A stretch of DNA of 64,000 bases from Candidatus Buchananbacteria bacterium (lineage in GTDB: Bacteria > Patescibacteriota > Patescibacteriia > CAIXNZ01), in contig WJKP01000011.1 of NCBI GenBank assembly GCA_014729025.1, positions 6,500 to 70,499 on the forward strand, written 5' to 3'. Shown here one piece after another: positions 1 to 11,910 of the stretch. Within the stretch, counting starts at the first letter, position 1, and the number at the start of each line of letters is the position of its first letter. Both the position numbers and the translations under genes were made by a program. The notes under the pieces were generated by a model. It made no database searches and was not told the DNA's origin. It was given only the letters and a program-made list of their open reading frames with translations.

Positions 1-65
1 ATATTGGATTATTATCATGTCATGCCAGACGCTTTATAATATTTTAATAATATAATAAAAAAAAC

Positions 66-1382
66 ATGAAAAAAGTTTTAGAAAAGATTTTAACTTTCTT
101 TGCAAAATTAATTTTAAAAAAGTATCAGCCGGAAATAATTGGTATTACCGGCAGTGTCGGCAAAACTTCTGTGAAAGAGACGATTTTTTCTGTTTTGTCA
201 TTTGAATATAATGTTCGCCGTAATATCAAGAGTTATAATAATGAGCTGGGCGTGCCTTTAACTATTATTGGTTCAGAAACCGGTGGGAGGAATTTATTTA
301 AATGGCTAAAAGTTTTTTATCGAGCCGTTAAATTATTGTTTTTTAATGATAAAAAATATCCGGAGATTTTGGTTTTAGAACTGGGAGCTGATAAAAAAGG
401 TGATATAGAATATTTGTTAAAAATTATTAAGCCAAAAATCGGTGTTTTAACAGCAGTCAGCGAAGCTCATTTACATACGTTTAAGGATTTAAAAGGTGTT
501 TTAAAGGAAAAAGAAAAAATCATCACTACTTTGGATAAAAATTCTATTGCTGTTTTAAATTATGATGATGAAAACGTAATGAGTTTGCAGGATAAATTAA
601 AAACAAAATTTTTAAGTTTTGGTTTTCAGGCAGGCGCTGATATTACAGCCGGTGAATTGCTTTTTTCCGGTTTGGAACAGGATTTTTGTGAAAGCCAATA
701 CCAGTGGGAATGTAAAGTTTGGGGGACCAGTTTTAAAGTTAAGTATAAAGGTTCAATCGTGCCGGTTTTTTTACCGCATTGTTTTGGTAAACAGCAGGTT
801 TATGCTGCTTTGGCGGCGTTTGCCGTGGGCATTGCTTATAAAATGAATTTGGTTGATATTTCCGAAGCTTTGCGCCAATACCGTCCGCCTAAAGGCAGGA
901 TGAATTTAATTGCCGGAATCAAATACACTTTATTGATTGATGATACTTATAATTCTTCACCTTTGGCAGTCAAAGCTGCCCTGGAAGTAATGAAAATGAT
1001 TGATTTGCCAGAAGGCAAAAGAAAAATCGCGGTTTTGGCTGATATGCTGGAATTGGGCGAGCGTTCAGCTGAAGCGCATCGGGAAATAGGTTTTAATGTT
1101 TCTGAAGCAGAAATTGATTATTTAATTACAGTTGGTCCGGAATCAAAATTAACAGCTGAAGCAGCGATTGAAGCTGGTTTGGCTAAAGACAATGTGCATA
1201 AATTTGAAGATACAGAACGGGCAGGTAAATTTTTACAAGATATAATTCAACCTGGTGATTTGATTTTAATTAAAGGCTCACAGGGTATTAGAATGGAAAA
1301 AATAGTAAAAGAAGTTATGGCTGAACCTGAAAAAGCCAATGAACTATTAGTTCGGCAGACAGGGGAATGGGCAAATAGATGA
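66..1382 (+). CDS. murF: UDP-N-acetylmuramoyl-tripeptide--D-alanyl-D-alanine ligase (Mur ligase, MurF-like)
   Basis: GITGSVGKTS P-loop, NNELGVPL, GRM...DDTYNSSP, DMLELG and C-terminal LIKGSQG motifs typical of MurF. Confidence 0.85.
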   Translation: MKKVLEKILTFFAKLILKKYQPEIIGITGSVGKTSVKETIFSVLSFEYNVRRNIKSYNNELGVPLTIIGSETGGRNLFKWLKVFYRAVKLLFFNDKKYPEILVLELGADKKGDIEYLLKIIKPKIGVLTAVSEAHLHTFKDLKGVLKEKEKIITTLDKNSIAVLNYDDENVMSLQDKLKTKFLSFGFQAGADITAGELLFSGLEQDFCESQYQWECKVWGTSFKVKYKGSIVPVFLPHCFGKQQVYAALAAFAVGIAYKMNLVDISEALRQYRPPKGRMNLIAGIKYTLLIDDTYNSSPLAVKAALEVMKMIDLPEGKRKIAVLADMLELGERSAEAHREIGFNVSEAEIDYLITVGPESKLTAEAAIEAGLAKDNVHKFEDTERAGKFLQDIIQPGDLILIKGSQGIRMEKIVKEVMAEPEKANELLVRQTGEWANR

Positions 1383-1523
1383 ATTGGGCAATAGTAATTA
1401 GGTATTAGTAATTAACTGTTAGTATTTGAAAATTTTATTTTTTTATGGTAAAAATTAAATTATACTTTGATTATTGTCAAAAATTTATTGGCTAAAATCA
1501 GGTATGATTTTTTATTTTATCAC

Positions 1524-1595
1524 GGCCCCTTCGTCTAGTGGTTAGGACGCCAGGTTCTCATCCTGGTAACACGGGTTCGACTCCCGTAGGGGTCA
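1524..1595 (+). tRNA. tRNA-Glu (anticodon CTC), CCA not encoded
   Basis: Cloverleaf: acceptor GGCCCCT/AGGGGTC, D arm GTCT-AGTGGTT-AGGAC, anticodon arm CCAGG-TTCTCAT-CCTGG, T arm ACGGG-TTCGACT-CCCGT. Confidence 0.95.
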
Positions 1596-1628
1596 TAAAC
1601 AAAAAAGAACGCAAAACACTTTTTTTTA

Positions 1629-1684
1629 TTGACATAAAAATTAGTTATGATAAAATCTAGGTATGAAAAATCATATTTTTCATA
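1629..1684 (+). promoter_or_regulatory. sigma70 promoter plus palindromic operator upstream of AbrB-family gene
   Basis: TTGACA (1629-1634), 16 nt, extended TGn-TAAAAT (1651-1656); perfect inverted repeat TATGAAAAAT-CAT-ATTTTTCATA (1662-1684). Confidence 0.65.
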
Positions 1685-1705
1685 TTATTGTTAATTTTAA
1701 TATAT

Positions 1706-1939
1706 ATGGCTAAGCAATTTAAAATGCCGGAAATAAAGAATTATGGCATGGCAACAATCGGTGAACGAGGCCAGATTGTTATTCCCAAGGAAATTAGAGA
1801 TGAAATGAAAATTAAGCCGGGTGATAAGTTTTTGGTTTTTTCCAAGGCTAATATGGTAATTGGCTTTGTAAAACCGGAAAATTTTGATAAACTTATTAAT
1901 GAGTTTATAAGTCAATTGCAAGACCTGAAATCAAATTAA
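1706..1939 (+). CDS. AbrB/MazE/SpoVT family DNA-binding protein
   Basis: ATIGERGQIVIPKEIRDEMKIKPGD swapped-hairpin signature; ATG at 1706 preferred over TTG at 1688. Confidence 0.9.
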   Translation: MAKQFKMPEIKNYGMATIGERGQIVIPKEIRDEMKIKPGDKFLVFSKANMVIGFVKPENFDKLINEFISQLQDLKSN

Positions 1940-1955
1940 AAAATAATTTATTTTT

Positions 1956-3692
1956 ATGAAATGGTTATTAAATAACTTAAAAAAATTAACCAAAAGCAAA
2001 TTGTTTTGGCTAATTGTGATAATAATAGCTGTTGTTATTATTATTTTAATTACTCGAAGCGAAGAAAAGGACGAGTATATTACTGAAAAAGTGCAAAAAG
2101 GTACTTTAACGCAAACTGTTTCTGAAACAGGGGAATTGCAGGCAGCTTCAGAAATAGATTTGAATTTTAAAGGTAGCGGGACAATTACAGAGATTAATAT
2201 ACAAGAAGGCGATGAGGTATCGGCTGGCGATGTTTTAGCCAGAATGGATGCCGGCCCCTTAGAAGTTCAGGTTAGGCAGGCTAGAGCTAATTTAGAGATT
2301 GCCAGAGCTAATTTGAATCGTTTTTTGGCAGGAGCCAGTGAAGAGGATATTAAAGTTAGCCGGGAATCAGTTAATAATGCCAAAATCGCCTATGAAAATG
2401 CCAAACGTGATCATACTGCTTTGGTTGATAAGTTAGAATCAGATATTGAAACTTATAAAAAAGCAGTTTCAGATGCTAAAGATAATCTGTTAATTACCTT
2501 GGAAACTGTTATGACTTATCCTGACCATTCTCTTGATATTGTTAAAAAAATATTTGAAGATGATGATTTGGAACCAAGATTTAGTGTTAGAAATTTTCAA
2601 TATAAAGATAACGCCAGCCGTTATTTTGATTTGGCTGAGCCGGTAGTTGAACGAGCCAATATTGCGCTTGATAAGGCGCAACAAAGTTTAGAAGCTGATG
2701 ATATTGAAAAAGCAGTCGATGAAGTTTCTACTGCTTTGGATCATGTTAAAAAAACACTTGATAGCATTTTTTTAGCTTTAACCGCTTCGACTACCAGTTA
2801 TTATTTTCCAGAATCAGCTTTAGATGCTTATAAATCGAGTATCAGGGCAGAACAGACAACTATTGATAACGCGATTGCTTCACTAAATACGGCTGAACAA
2901 ACCTGGAATAATGCAAAAAATAATTTAGTAGCCGCTAAAAATAATAAAGAATTACAAATCGCCAATTCACGGTCGGCTGTTGACAGTGCTTTGGGATCTT
3001 ATAATTTAGCCCAGGCTCAGTTAGACTTAAAAAAAGCTGCACCTCGTCCGGTTGACGTGGCTTATTATCAGGCGCAGGTCGATCAAGCTCAAGCAGCTTT
3101 AGATTTGGCCTTGGTTAATCTGGATGATTATATTATTAGGGCGCCAACTGAAGGTAAGATTGTTTTTGTTAATTATGATGTGGGTGAACAATTCGGAGTT
3201 GGTTTAACTACTGCTGAAACCAAACCAGTTATTACTATTTTAAGTAAAGGTGATTTTGAAATTGAAGTTGATGTTCCGGAATCAGATATTGTTAAAATTC
3301 AGATCGGTAATCCGGCAGTAATTACTTTGGATGCTTATGGCGAAGATGTGAAATTTGATGGTCAGGTTGTTTTTGTTGATTTAGCTGAAACTAATATTCA
3401 GGATGTTGTTTATTATAAAGTTACTGTTACTTTGGAACCAACAGATAAAGAGATTAAATCAGGCATGACCGCTAATGTCGATATTTTAACCAAAGAAAAA
3501 CAAGATGCATTATTTGTACCGGTTAGAGCTGTTAAAGAAGATAATAAGGATAATAAATATGTAGAGATTTTAAGTCTGGGTGAGCCGCAAAGAGTTGATG
3601 TTAAAACAGGTTTGCGCGGTGATCAGGGGTTAGAGATTATTAGTGGTTTATCGGAAAACCAAGAAGTAATTACTTATAAAAGAGAAAATTAA
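1956..3692 (+). CDS. Efflux periplasmic adaptor / membrane fusion protein (MacA/HlyD-like) with long coiled coil
   Basis: N-terminal TM, lipoyl half-motifs (GTITEINIQEGDEVSAGDVLA, IRAPTEG), GMTANV, long helical hairpin. Confidence 0.9.
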   Translation: MKWLLNNLKKLTKSKLFWLIVIIIAVVIIILITRSEEKDEYITEKVQKGTLTQTVSETGELQAASEIDLNFKGSGTITEINIQEGDEVSAGDVLARMDAGPLEVQVRQARANLEIARANLNRFLAGASEEDIKVSRESVNNAKIAYENAKRDHTALVDKLESDIETYKKAVSDAKDNLLITLETVMTYPDHSLDIVKKIFEDDDLEPRFSVRNFQYKDNASRYFDLAEPVVERANIALDKAQQSLEADDIEKAVDEVSTALDHVKKTLDSIFLALTASTTSYYFPESALDAYKSSIRAEQTTIDNAIASLNTAEQTWNNAKNNLVAAKNNKELQIANSRSAVDSALGSYNLAQAQLDLKKAAPRPVDVAYYQAQVDQAQAALDLALVNLDDYIIRAPTEGKIVFVNYDVGEQFGVGLTTAETKPVITILSKGDFEIEVDVPESDIVKIQIGNPAVITLDAYGEDVKFDGQVVFVDLAETNIQDVVYYKVTVTLEPTDKEIKSGMTANVDILTKEKQDALFVPVRAVKEDNKDNKYVEILSLGEPQRVDVKTGLRGDQGLEIISGLSENQEVITYKREN

Positions 3693-3694
3693 AT

Positions 3695-4423
3695 ATGGCT
3701 AAAGAAAAAAAATTAATCAAATTAATTGATATTTGTAAACAATACGAGAACGAGGAAGTCGTGACTAAAGTTCTTTATGATATTAATTTGGAAGTTAATA
3801 AAGGTGAGTTTGTGGCAATCATGGGGCCGTCTGGTTCCGGTAAATCAACCCTGATGCATATAATGGGTTTTTTAGATAAACCAACTTCAGGCACTTATTA
3901 TTATAAGGGTAAAAAAGTTAGTGATTTTGATGAAGATAAATTGGCTGATATTCGTAATGAAGAAGTCGGGTTTGTTTTTCAAACTTTTAATTTATTACAG
4001 CGAACAAGTGTTTACGATAATGTTAATTTACCATTGACTTATTCAGATAAAAAAATTGGCGATCAAGATGTTATTCAGGCAATCAAATCCGTCGGCTTGT
4101 ATCATCGTAAAGATAATTTATCAAATCAGTTATCAGGCGGTGAAAAACAAAGAGTGGCGATTGCCAGAGCTTTGGTTAATCGGCCTGAAATTATTTTTGC
4201 TGACGAACCGACTGGGAATCTTGATTCCCAAAGTGGCAAACAGATCATGGAAATTTTGCAGGATCTTAATGAAAAAGGTAATACCATTATTCTGGTTACT
4301 CATGAAAAATATACGGCTGAGCATGCCCGGCGTATAGTTAGTATTATCGATGGCAAGATTGTTGATGATTATCAGGTGAAAAAGCGTTTGATAGCTAAAG
4401 ATGAAAAATATTTAACTAAATAA
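3695..4423 (+). CDS. ABC transporter ATP-binding protein (MacB/LolD family)
   Basis: GPSGSGKS, LSGGEKQRVAIARAL, FADEPTGNLD. Confidence 0.95.
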   Translation: MAKEKKLIKLIDICKQYENEEVVTKVLYDINLEVNKGEFVAIMGPSGSGKSTLMHIMGFLDKPTSGTYYYKGKKVSDFDEDKLADIRNEEVGFVFQTFNLLQRTSVYDNVNLPLTYSDKKIGDQDVIQAIKSVGLYHRKDNLSNQLSGGEKQRVAIARALVNRPEIIFADEPTGNLDSQSGKQIMEILQDLNEKGNTIILVTHEKYTAEHARRIVSIIDGKIVDDYQVKKRLIAKDEKYLTK

Positions 4424-4425
4424 TT

Positions 4426-5667
4426 ATGGATGTGGCTAATTCTATCAGAATAGCCTTGATAGGTTTAAAGTCTAAAAAGACCCGAACATTTTTAACAATG
4501 CTCGGGATTATTGTTGGTATTGCTTCGGTTATTATTATTTTATCAGTCGGTGCCGGTGCGCAGAGTTTGATTTTAAATCAAATCAGGGGATTTGGCAGTA
4601 ATTTGATTTCTATTTTTCCGGGTGCTTCAGAAGAAGAAGGTCCGCCGCCCACGGTTTTTGGTACGGTTAATACTGATTTAAAAAATGAAGATATAGAGGC
4701 TCTAATGAATTCTAAAAGAGTGCCGCATGCAGTGGCAGCCACTTATTATATTCAAGGTTCAGAAACTTTCAGATGGCGCAGTCAGCAGTTTGACGGTACT
4801 TATATTGCTACGACAGCTTCTTATTTGGAAGTACATGATGAAATACCGGCTAAAGGCAGATTTATAAATAAGCAAGAAGAAAAAAATTTAGCCAGAGTAG
4901 CTGTTTTAGGCAGTAATGTCAAAAAAGAATTATTTGATAATTTAGATGCTATTGGTGAAAAAATTAAGATTGGTCGGCACCAGTTTAAAATAATTGGTGT
5001 CATGAAACCTAGGGGGGTAGAAGGTTTTCAAAATCAGGATAATTTGGTTTTTATTCCGATTTCTACGGGACAAAAAATAATTCAAGGTATAGATTATGTG
5101 ACTTTAGCCAGGGTTAAAGTTGATTCACCTGATAATATTGAACGAACAGTGGAAGATGTTCGCCAGGTTTTAAGAGAAGAGCATAGGTTGGAAGTGGGTG
5201 AAATTGATGATTTTTCGGTTCGTTCTCAGGCGCAGGCTATTGAAATTTTTTCCGCCGTGACTGATTCATTGACTTATTTTTTAGCTGCCATTGCCGCTAT
5301 TTCTTTATTGGTTGGCGGTATTGGTATTATGAATATTATGCTTATAAGTGTGACTGAAAGAACCAGGGAAATCGGTTTGCGTAAAGCGGTCGGGGCTAAA
5401 AATAAAAATATATTAAATCAATTTTTATTGGAATCAGTCGTGGTTACTTTGGGCGGCGGTGTTGTTGGTATAATTTTGGGTATTTCGATTTCTTGGTTAG
5501 TGGCTTATATTGCTCAATATTTAGGGTTTGATTGGGATTTTGTGATTTCTTTTCTATCAATAATTTTATCAACTACTATTGCAATTATAGTCGGTATTGT
5601 TTTTGGTTTATATCCGGCCTGGAAAGCTTCTCAGCTTAATCCGATTGAAGCTTTACGTTATGAATAG
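4426..5667 (+). CDS. ABC transporter permease (MacB/FtsX family)
   Basis: LTMLGIIVG, VGGIGIMNIMLISVTERTREIGLRKAVGA, YPAWKASQLNPIEALRYE. Confidence 0.95.
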   Translation: MDVANSIRIALIGLKSKKTRTFLTMLGIIVGIASVIIILSVGAGAQSLILNQIRGFGSNLISIFPGASEEEGPPPTVFGTVNTDLKNEDIEALMNSKRVPHAVAATYYIQGSETFRWRSQQFDGTYIATTASYLEVHDEIPAKGRFINKQEEKNLARVAVLGSNVKKELFDNLDAIGEKIKIGRHQFKIIGVMKPRGVEGFQNQDNLVFIPISTGQKIIQGIDYVTLARVKVDSPDNIERTVEDVRQVLREEHRLEVGEIDDFSVRSQAQAIEIFSAVTDSLTYFLAAIAAISLLVGGIGIMNIMLISVTERTREIGLRKAVGAKNKNILNQFLLESVVVTLGGGVVGIILGISISWLVAYIAQYLGFDWDFVISFLSIILSTTIAIIVGIVFGLYPAWKASQLNPIEALRYE

Positions 5668-5714
5668 GTCGGTCATTGGTAATTAGGCGAGAGGTAATTA
5701 GTTAAAATTTATTT

Positions 5715-6971
5715 ATGATAAAAAAACTAAAAAATTTATGTAAGATAGCTTGTGGTTCACTTTTGCGGCATAAATTAAGAAGTGTTTTGACTATTTTGGG
5801 GATTACAGTCGGTATTACGGTAGTGATAGTAGTACTTTCAGCCGGGCAGGCCATTGAAGATTTTATAACCGGTCAGGTAAATCAATTTGGCACTGACTGG
5901 ATTCAGGTTGAAGTTAAAGTCCCTTCGGCGGGCAAAACTTCACTTGAAAATGTCGGGGGACTGGCCCAAGGCGTTACAATTACTACTTTAAAATTGTCTG
6001 ACGCAGAGGAAATAAAAGAGCATCCCAATGTCCGTGATTATTATGCTGGTAATGTCAGTCAAGAAATAATTAGTTATGAGGCACAAAATAAATTGACAAT
6101 GATTTTTGGAGTAACTGCTGGTTTTATTGATATCGATCCCAGTGAATTGATTCAAGGGCGATTTTATACCGAGGCTGAAGATAAGGGATTGGATAAAGTA
6201 GCTGTTTTGGGTTTTGGCATCAAAGATGTTTTATTTGGTCAAAGAGATGCAATTGGCGAGAATGTGAAAATAAATAAACAAAATTATGAAGTAATAGGTG
6301 TAATGGAAGAGAAAGGTAGTGCCGGCATGTTTTCCATGGATGATGTTGTTTATATCCCGGCCAGAACAATGCAAAAAAGGATTTTAGGCATTGATTATAT
6401 CACTTTTATTTTTAATCGGATTTATGATACTTCTATTGCCAGGCAAACAGCTGATGATATTACTTTAATAATGCGTGATCTGCATAATATTACTGATCCT
6501 AATCGTGATGATTTTCATGCTACCAGTGCACAGGAAGCTTTGGAAATGCTAGATACCGTGACCGGCTCAATCCAAATACTTTTATTGGCGATTGCTTTGA
6601 TTTCTTTGGTGGTTGGTGGTGTGGGAATTATGAATGTGATGTATGTTTCAGTAGCTGAAAGAACTTTTGAAATCGGTTTACGTAAAGCTTTAGGCGCTAA
6701 ATATAATAATATTTTAAACCAATTTCTAACCGAAGCAGTGATTATAACTTTTATCGGCGGGATTGTCGGTATAATTTTGGGCATTATTCTTACCTGGTTA
6801 ATTAGTTTTGTTGCCACCAATTATTTGGGTTTTGATTGGCAGTTTTATTTTTCAATCCAATATATTTTATTGGCAGCCGGCATGTCTGTTTTGGTTGGTT
6901 TGGTTTCAGGACTTTATCCGGCACGCCAGGCAGCTAGCTTGGATCCGATGGTGGCTTTGAGAAAGGAATAG
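5715..6971 (+). CDS. ABC transporter permease (MacB/FtsX family), paralog
   Basis: VGGVGIMNVMYVSVAERTFEIGLRKALGA, YPARQAASLDPMVALRKE. Confidence 0.95.
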   Translation: MIKKLKNLCKIACGSLLRHKLRSVLTILGITVGITVVIVVLSAGQAIEDFITGQVNQFGTDWIQVEVKVPSAGKTSLENVGGLAQGVTITTLKLSDAEEIKEHPNVRDYYAGNVSQEIISYEAQNKLTMIFGVTAGFIDIDPSELIQGRFYTEAEDKGLDKVAVLGFGIKDVLFGQRDAIGENVKINKQNYEVIGVMEEKGSAGMFSMDDVVYIPARTMQKRILGIDYITFIFNRIYDTSIARQTADDITLIMRDLHNITDPNRDDFHATSAQEALEMLDTVTGSIQILLLAIALISLVVGGVGIMNVMYVSVAERTFEIGLRKALGAKYNNILNQFLTEAVIITFIGGIVGIILGIILTWLISFVATNYLGFDWQFYFSIQYILLAAGMSVLVGLVSGLYPARQAASLDPMVALRKE

Positions 6972-7036
6972 CTTAGGCGTTAGACATCAGGCAATTAGTC
7001 ACTCTGGACATTAGTATTGTTAATATTTAAAATAAA

Positions 7037-7063
7037 TTAGCACTCGCTCTTGACGAGTGCTAG
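7037..7063 (+). promoter_or_regulatory. CIRCE operator (HrcA binding site)
   Basis: TTAGCACTC-N9-GAGTGCTAG, one mismatch from the consensus TTAGCACTC-N9-GAGTGCTAA, directly upstream of hrcA. Confidence 0.95.
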
Positions 7064-7078
7064 TTTATTTTTTATAAT
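7050..7078 (+). promoter_or_regulatory. sigma70 promoter of the hrcA operon, -35 inside CIRCE
   Basis: TTGACG (7050-7055)-17 nt-TATAAT (7073-7078); ATG follows after 7 nt. Confidence 0.8.
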
Positions 7079-7085
7079 GTAAACA

Positions 7086-7775
7086 ATGAAAGACAGACAA
7101 AAGAATTTACTTAATTTATTAATTTCCGAACATATAAAAACTGCAGCGCCAATTGGCAGTAAGCTTTTAAGTTCACGGGAAAACGTGTCTCCGGCGACCA
7201 TTAGAAACGAAATGTTTGATTTGGAAAAACAAGGTTATATTTATCAGCCGCATACTTCAGCCGGACGCGTGCCGACTGAAAAGGGTTATCAGTTTTATGT
7301 TGATAATTTTTTGGAAAAACGTGAGATCAAGTCAACCTGGCGCAGTTCTTTTGAAAAGGTTTTAAAAGCAAAATTAAATAAAGATTTGGTTTTGAAAAAT
7401 TTAGCCAAAAATGTGGTTGATTTGGCTGATGAAACAGTTATAGTGGCTTTTGATAAGCATAATATTTATTATACCGGTTTATCAAATTTGTTTAAAAAAC
7501 CCGAGTTTGCCGAGCAAAATTTGATTTGTAATATGTCCAAAGTGATTGATCACTTGGATGAAGTGGTTAATCAGGTTTTTGACAGGATTAATAAAGTCGA
7601 AATTTTAATCGGTTCCCAAAATCCGTTTGGTGATGATTGTTCTTCTGTTTTGGGTAAATATCATTTGAAAAACAAGGATTCGGGCTTGTTTATTATTTTG
7701 GGTCCTCAACGAATGAATTATGATAAAAATTTGGCTTTAGTTGAATATATTAAAGATTCACTCAAAGAAATTTAA
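7086..7775 (+). CDS. hrcA: Heat-inducible transcription repressor HrcA (short form)
   Basis: SPATIRNEM, QPHTSAGRVPTEKGYQFYVD, ILGPQRMNY; CIRCE upstream. Confidence 0.95.
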   Translation: MKDRQKNLLNLLISEHIKTAAPIGSKLLSSRENVSPATIRNEMFDLEKQGYIYQPHTSAGRVPTEKGYQFYVDNFLEKREIKSTWRSSFEKVLKAKLNKDLVLKNLAKNVVDLADETVIVAFDKHNIYYTGLSNLFKKPEFAEQNLICNMSKVIDHLDEVVNQVFDRINKVEILIGSQNPFGDDCSSVLGKYHLKNKDSGLFIILGPQRMNYDKNLALVEYIKDSLKEI

Positions 7776-7817
7776 TTCAGCTCTGGGCTTTGGGTCTGGA
7801 GTTTAAGTTTATAATTT

Positions 7818-8285
7818 ATGAAAGATAAAAAATCACAAAAAGCAAAAATAGATATTGAAGAATTAAAAGCTAAAAGTGAAGAATATTTGGCTGGCTGGCA
7901 AAGAGCCAAGGCCGATTATGAAAATTTAAAAAGGGAGATGGATCAAAAAGTTTCGGAAATCGGCAGTTTTTCAAAAATTAGTTTATTAACTGATTTAATT
8001 CCGATTATTGATAATTTTTGTAAAGCGATCGAGCATGTGCCAGAAGATCAAAAAGATAAAGATTGGGTAATCGGTGTTTTTCATATCAAAAAACAATTGG
8101 AAGATTTTATGGTCCAAAACGGGTTGGAAAAAATTGAAACAGTCGGCCAGCCGTTTGATCATAATTTGCATGAAGCGGTTGGTAAAGAAGAAGGTGAAAA
8201 AGATGTTGTTTTAAAAGAAGTTAGTTCAGGTTATAAATTAAATGGGCAGGTAATTATTCCGGCCAAAGTTATTGTCGGAGAGTAA
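7818..8285 (+). CDS. grpE: Nucleotide exchange factor GrpE
   Basis: WQRAKADYENLKR, FDHNLHEAV, GYKLNGQVIIPAKVIV. Confidence 0.95.
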   Translation: MKDKKSQKAKIDIEELKAKSEEYLAGWQRAKADYENLKREMDQKVSEIGSFSKISLLTDLIPIIDNFCKAIEHVPEDQKDKDWVIGVFHIKKQLEDFMVQNGLEKIETVGQPFDHNLHEAVGKEEGEKDVVLKEVSSGYKLNGQVIIPAKVIVGE

Positions 8286-8416
8286 TATTGATTATTAAGC
8301 ATTTATTGACGGTTTTATAAAAAATTATTCATTTTCCTGATAAACAAATAACTAATAAATTAATTTATAATTAATTCTGCTAAAATTTTACTTTTGGCAG
8401 ATGGGGGAAGACAGAT

Positions 8417-8875
8417 ATGGCTTTAATAAAATGGAATCCATTTTTAGATGACTGGCAGGATTTGGAAAAAGCTTTTCGTGATTTTCAGGTACCCAGTGAA
8501 AAAACTTTTATACCTGCTATGGATGTCTATAAGAAAAAAGACAAATTGGTAGTTAACGCGCCGATCGCCAATTTTGATCCAAAAAATGTTGATATTGAAA
8601 TCAAGGATAATGTTTTGACAGTCAAAGGTAAAACCGAGAAAAAATCAGAAGTTGATGATAAAAATTATTATCGCAAGGAAATCAAATCAGGCAGTTTTCA
8701 AAGATCAGTCTTATTGCCGGCTGAAGTTCAGTCAGATAAAGCTAAATCAGAATATGAAGAAGGTGTTTTAAAAATCATTATTCCGATTGCCAAAGAAAGT
8801 CAAGCAACCAAAGTCAAAACCACTGTAAAAAAAAGCAAAGCTAAAAAAGTTGCCAGTAAAAAGAAAAAGCAATAA
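8417..8875 (+). CDS. Small heat shock protein Hsp20/alpha-crystallin family
   Basis: PAMDVY, EIKSGSFQRSVLLP, YEEGVLKIIIP; basic C-terminal tail. Confidence 0.92.
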   Translation: MALIKWNPFLDDWQDLEKAFRDFQVPSEKTFIPAMDVYKKKDKLVVNAPIANFDPKNVDIEIKDNVLTVKGKTEKKSEVDDKNYYRKEIKSGSFQRSVLLPAEVQSDKAKSEYEEGVLKIIIPIAKESQATKVKTTVKKSKAKKVASKKKKQ

Positions 8876-8964
8876 TCAAATGAAAGCCCTTTTTAAAGGC
8901 TTTCCGGATAAGTCAATTAAATAATTTAATTGCTTTATCCGGGGAGAATTTTGAAAAATCAGCC

Positions 8965-8995
8965 AAAAGAAAAAGCCCAGCCAGAGCCGGGCTTT
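8965..8995 (-). terminator. Intrinsic terminator for the antisense orphan ORF
   Basis: Minus strand AGCCCGGC-TCTG-GCTGGGCT stem followed by a T-tract. Confidence 0.6.
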
Positions 8996-9014
8996 GATGA
9001 GGTGAGAATTAAGC

Positions 9015-9323
9015 TTATTTTAGCTTTTTCCCGTTTAAGAATAATGAATGGTGAGGCGGGTCTTTCATGATTATGACAGGTAGGCTGATTTTTTGGCCGC
9101 CAGGGGCATGGAAATTTGCCCGGGTTTCAATACCGTCATCAGTCGGACGATCCAGATCAAAAATTGGCACGCCATTGACTATTATTTGGGCTAGTTTGCG
9201 ATCAGTTCGCTCTGACCAGCCCGGTGCCAATTTTCTGACAGCTTGGATTAACCCGTCATTGACATTGAAAAATTGTCCACCGATTCGTAGACCACCATTA
9301 TTCCGCTTGACCATTTCGCACAT
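9015..9323 (-). CDS. Hypothetical protein (102 aa) with its own promoter, SD and terminator
   Basis: AAGGAGG SD upstream of ATG; TTGACA-N18-TATAAT promoter at 9385..9356; downstream terminator. Confidence 0.65.
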   Translation of the reverse strand: MCEMVKRNNGGLRIGGQFFNVNDGLIQAVRKLAPGWSERTDRKLAQIIVNGVPIFDLDRPTDDGIETRANFHAPGGQKISLPVIIMKDPPHHSLFLNGKKLK

Positions 9324-9355
9324 TTTTCCCCTCCTTAAAAGATTAGCATGTAAGG

Positions 9356-9385
9356 ATTATAACAGTTATCGGTTTATTTTGTCAA
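9356..9385 (-). promoter_or_regulatory. Consensus sigma70 promoter
   Basis: Minus strand TTGACA (9385-9380)-18 nt-TATAAT (9361-9356) with extended TG. Confidence 0.7.
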
Positions 9386-9470
9386 CTAAATAGCAAATAT
9401 GGCATATGGCAAATGGTTTATAGGAAAATTATAAGCTATTTGCAATTTGCTATAAGCAAAAAAATAATAA

Positions 9471-11489
<2,019 letters not shown>

Positions 11490-11560
11490 TTAAATCTCTT
11501 ATTCTGCCCGGTAATTTTTATCGGGCAGGGGGAAGTGATTTAAATAAATAAATAATTTAT

Positions 11561-11872
11561 ATGGAAAATCAAAATCAACCAAATCAACAAGGTGGGCAAA
11601 AACAAATTAATATTAAGATCACTGATGAGGTGCTGGAAGGTCGGTATGCCAATATGATGCAGGTAGCGCATACCAAAGAAGAGTTTATCCTGGATTTTGC
11701 TAACGTGGTCCCGCCTCAAGGAATCTTAACTTCTCGGGTGATTACCAGCCCGGGACACATTAAGCGGATTGTTAAGGCTTTACAGTCTAACATTGAAAAG
11801 TATGAACAGACTTTTGGGCCGATTAATGAAGCAGAACCGCCCAAAGAATTAAAGTTTCCTGACCTAGGCTAA
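11561..11872 (+). CDS. DUF3467-like conserved protein
   Basis: GRYANMMQVAHTKEEFILDF...SRVITSPGHIKR...YEQTFGPI pattern. Confidence 0.75.
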   Translation: MENQNQPNQQGGQKQINIKITDEVLEGRYANMMQVAHTKEEFILDFANVVPPQGILTSRVITSPGHIKRIVKALQSNIEKYEQTFGPINEAEPPKELKFPDLG

Positions 11873-11910
11873 AAAAGTTTTAGCTAACCGTTTTGAAGAG
11901 GAATAAATTT

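Noticed and set aside
6995-7020. Second CIRCE-like half site TTAGTCACTC
   Set aside because: Contains an insertion and has no matching right arm; better explained by the heptamer tract.
9067-9393. Plus-strand 108-aa ORF
   Set aside because: The overlapping minus-strand ORF has the promoter, SD and terminator support.
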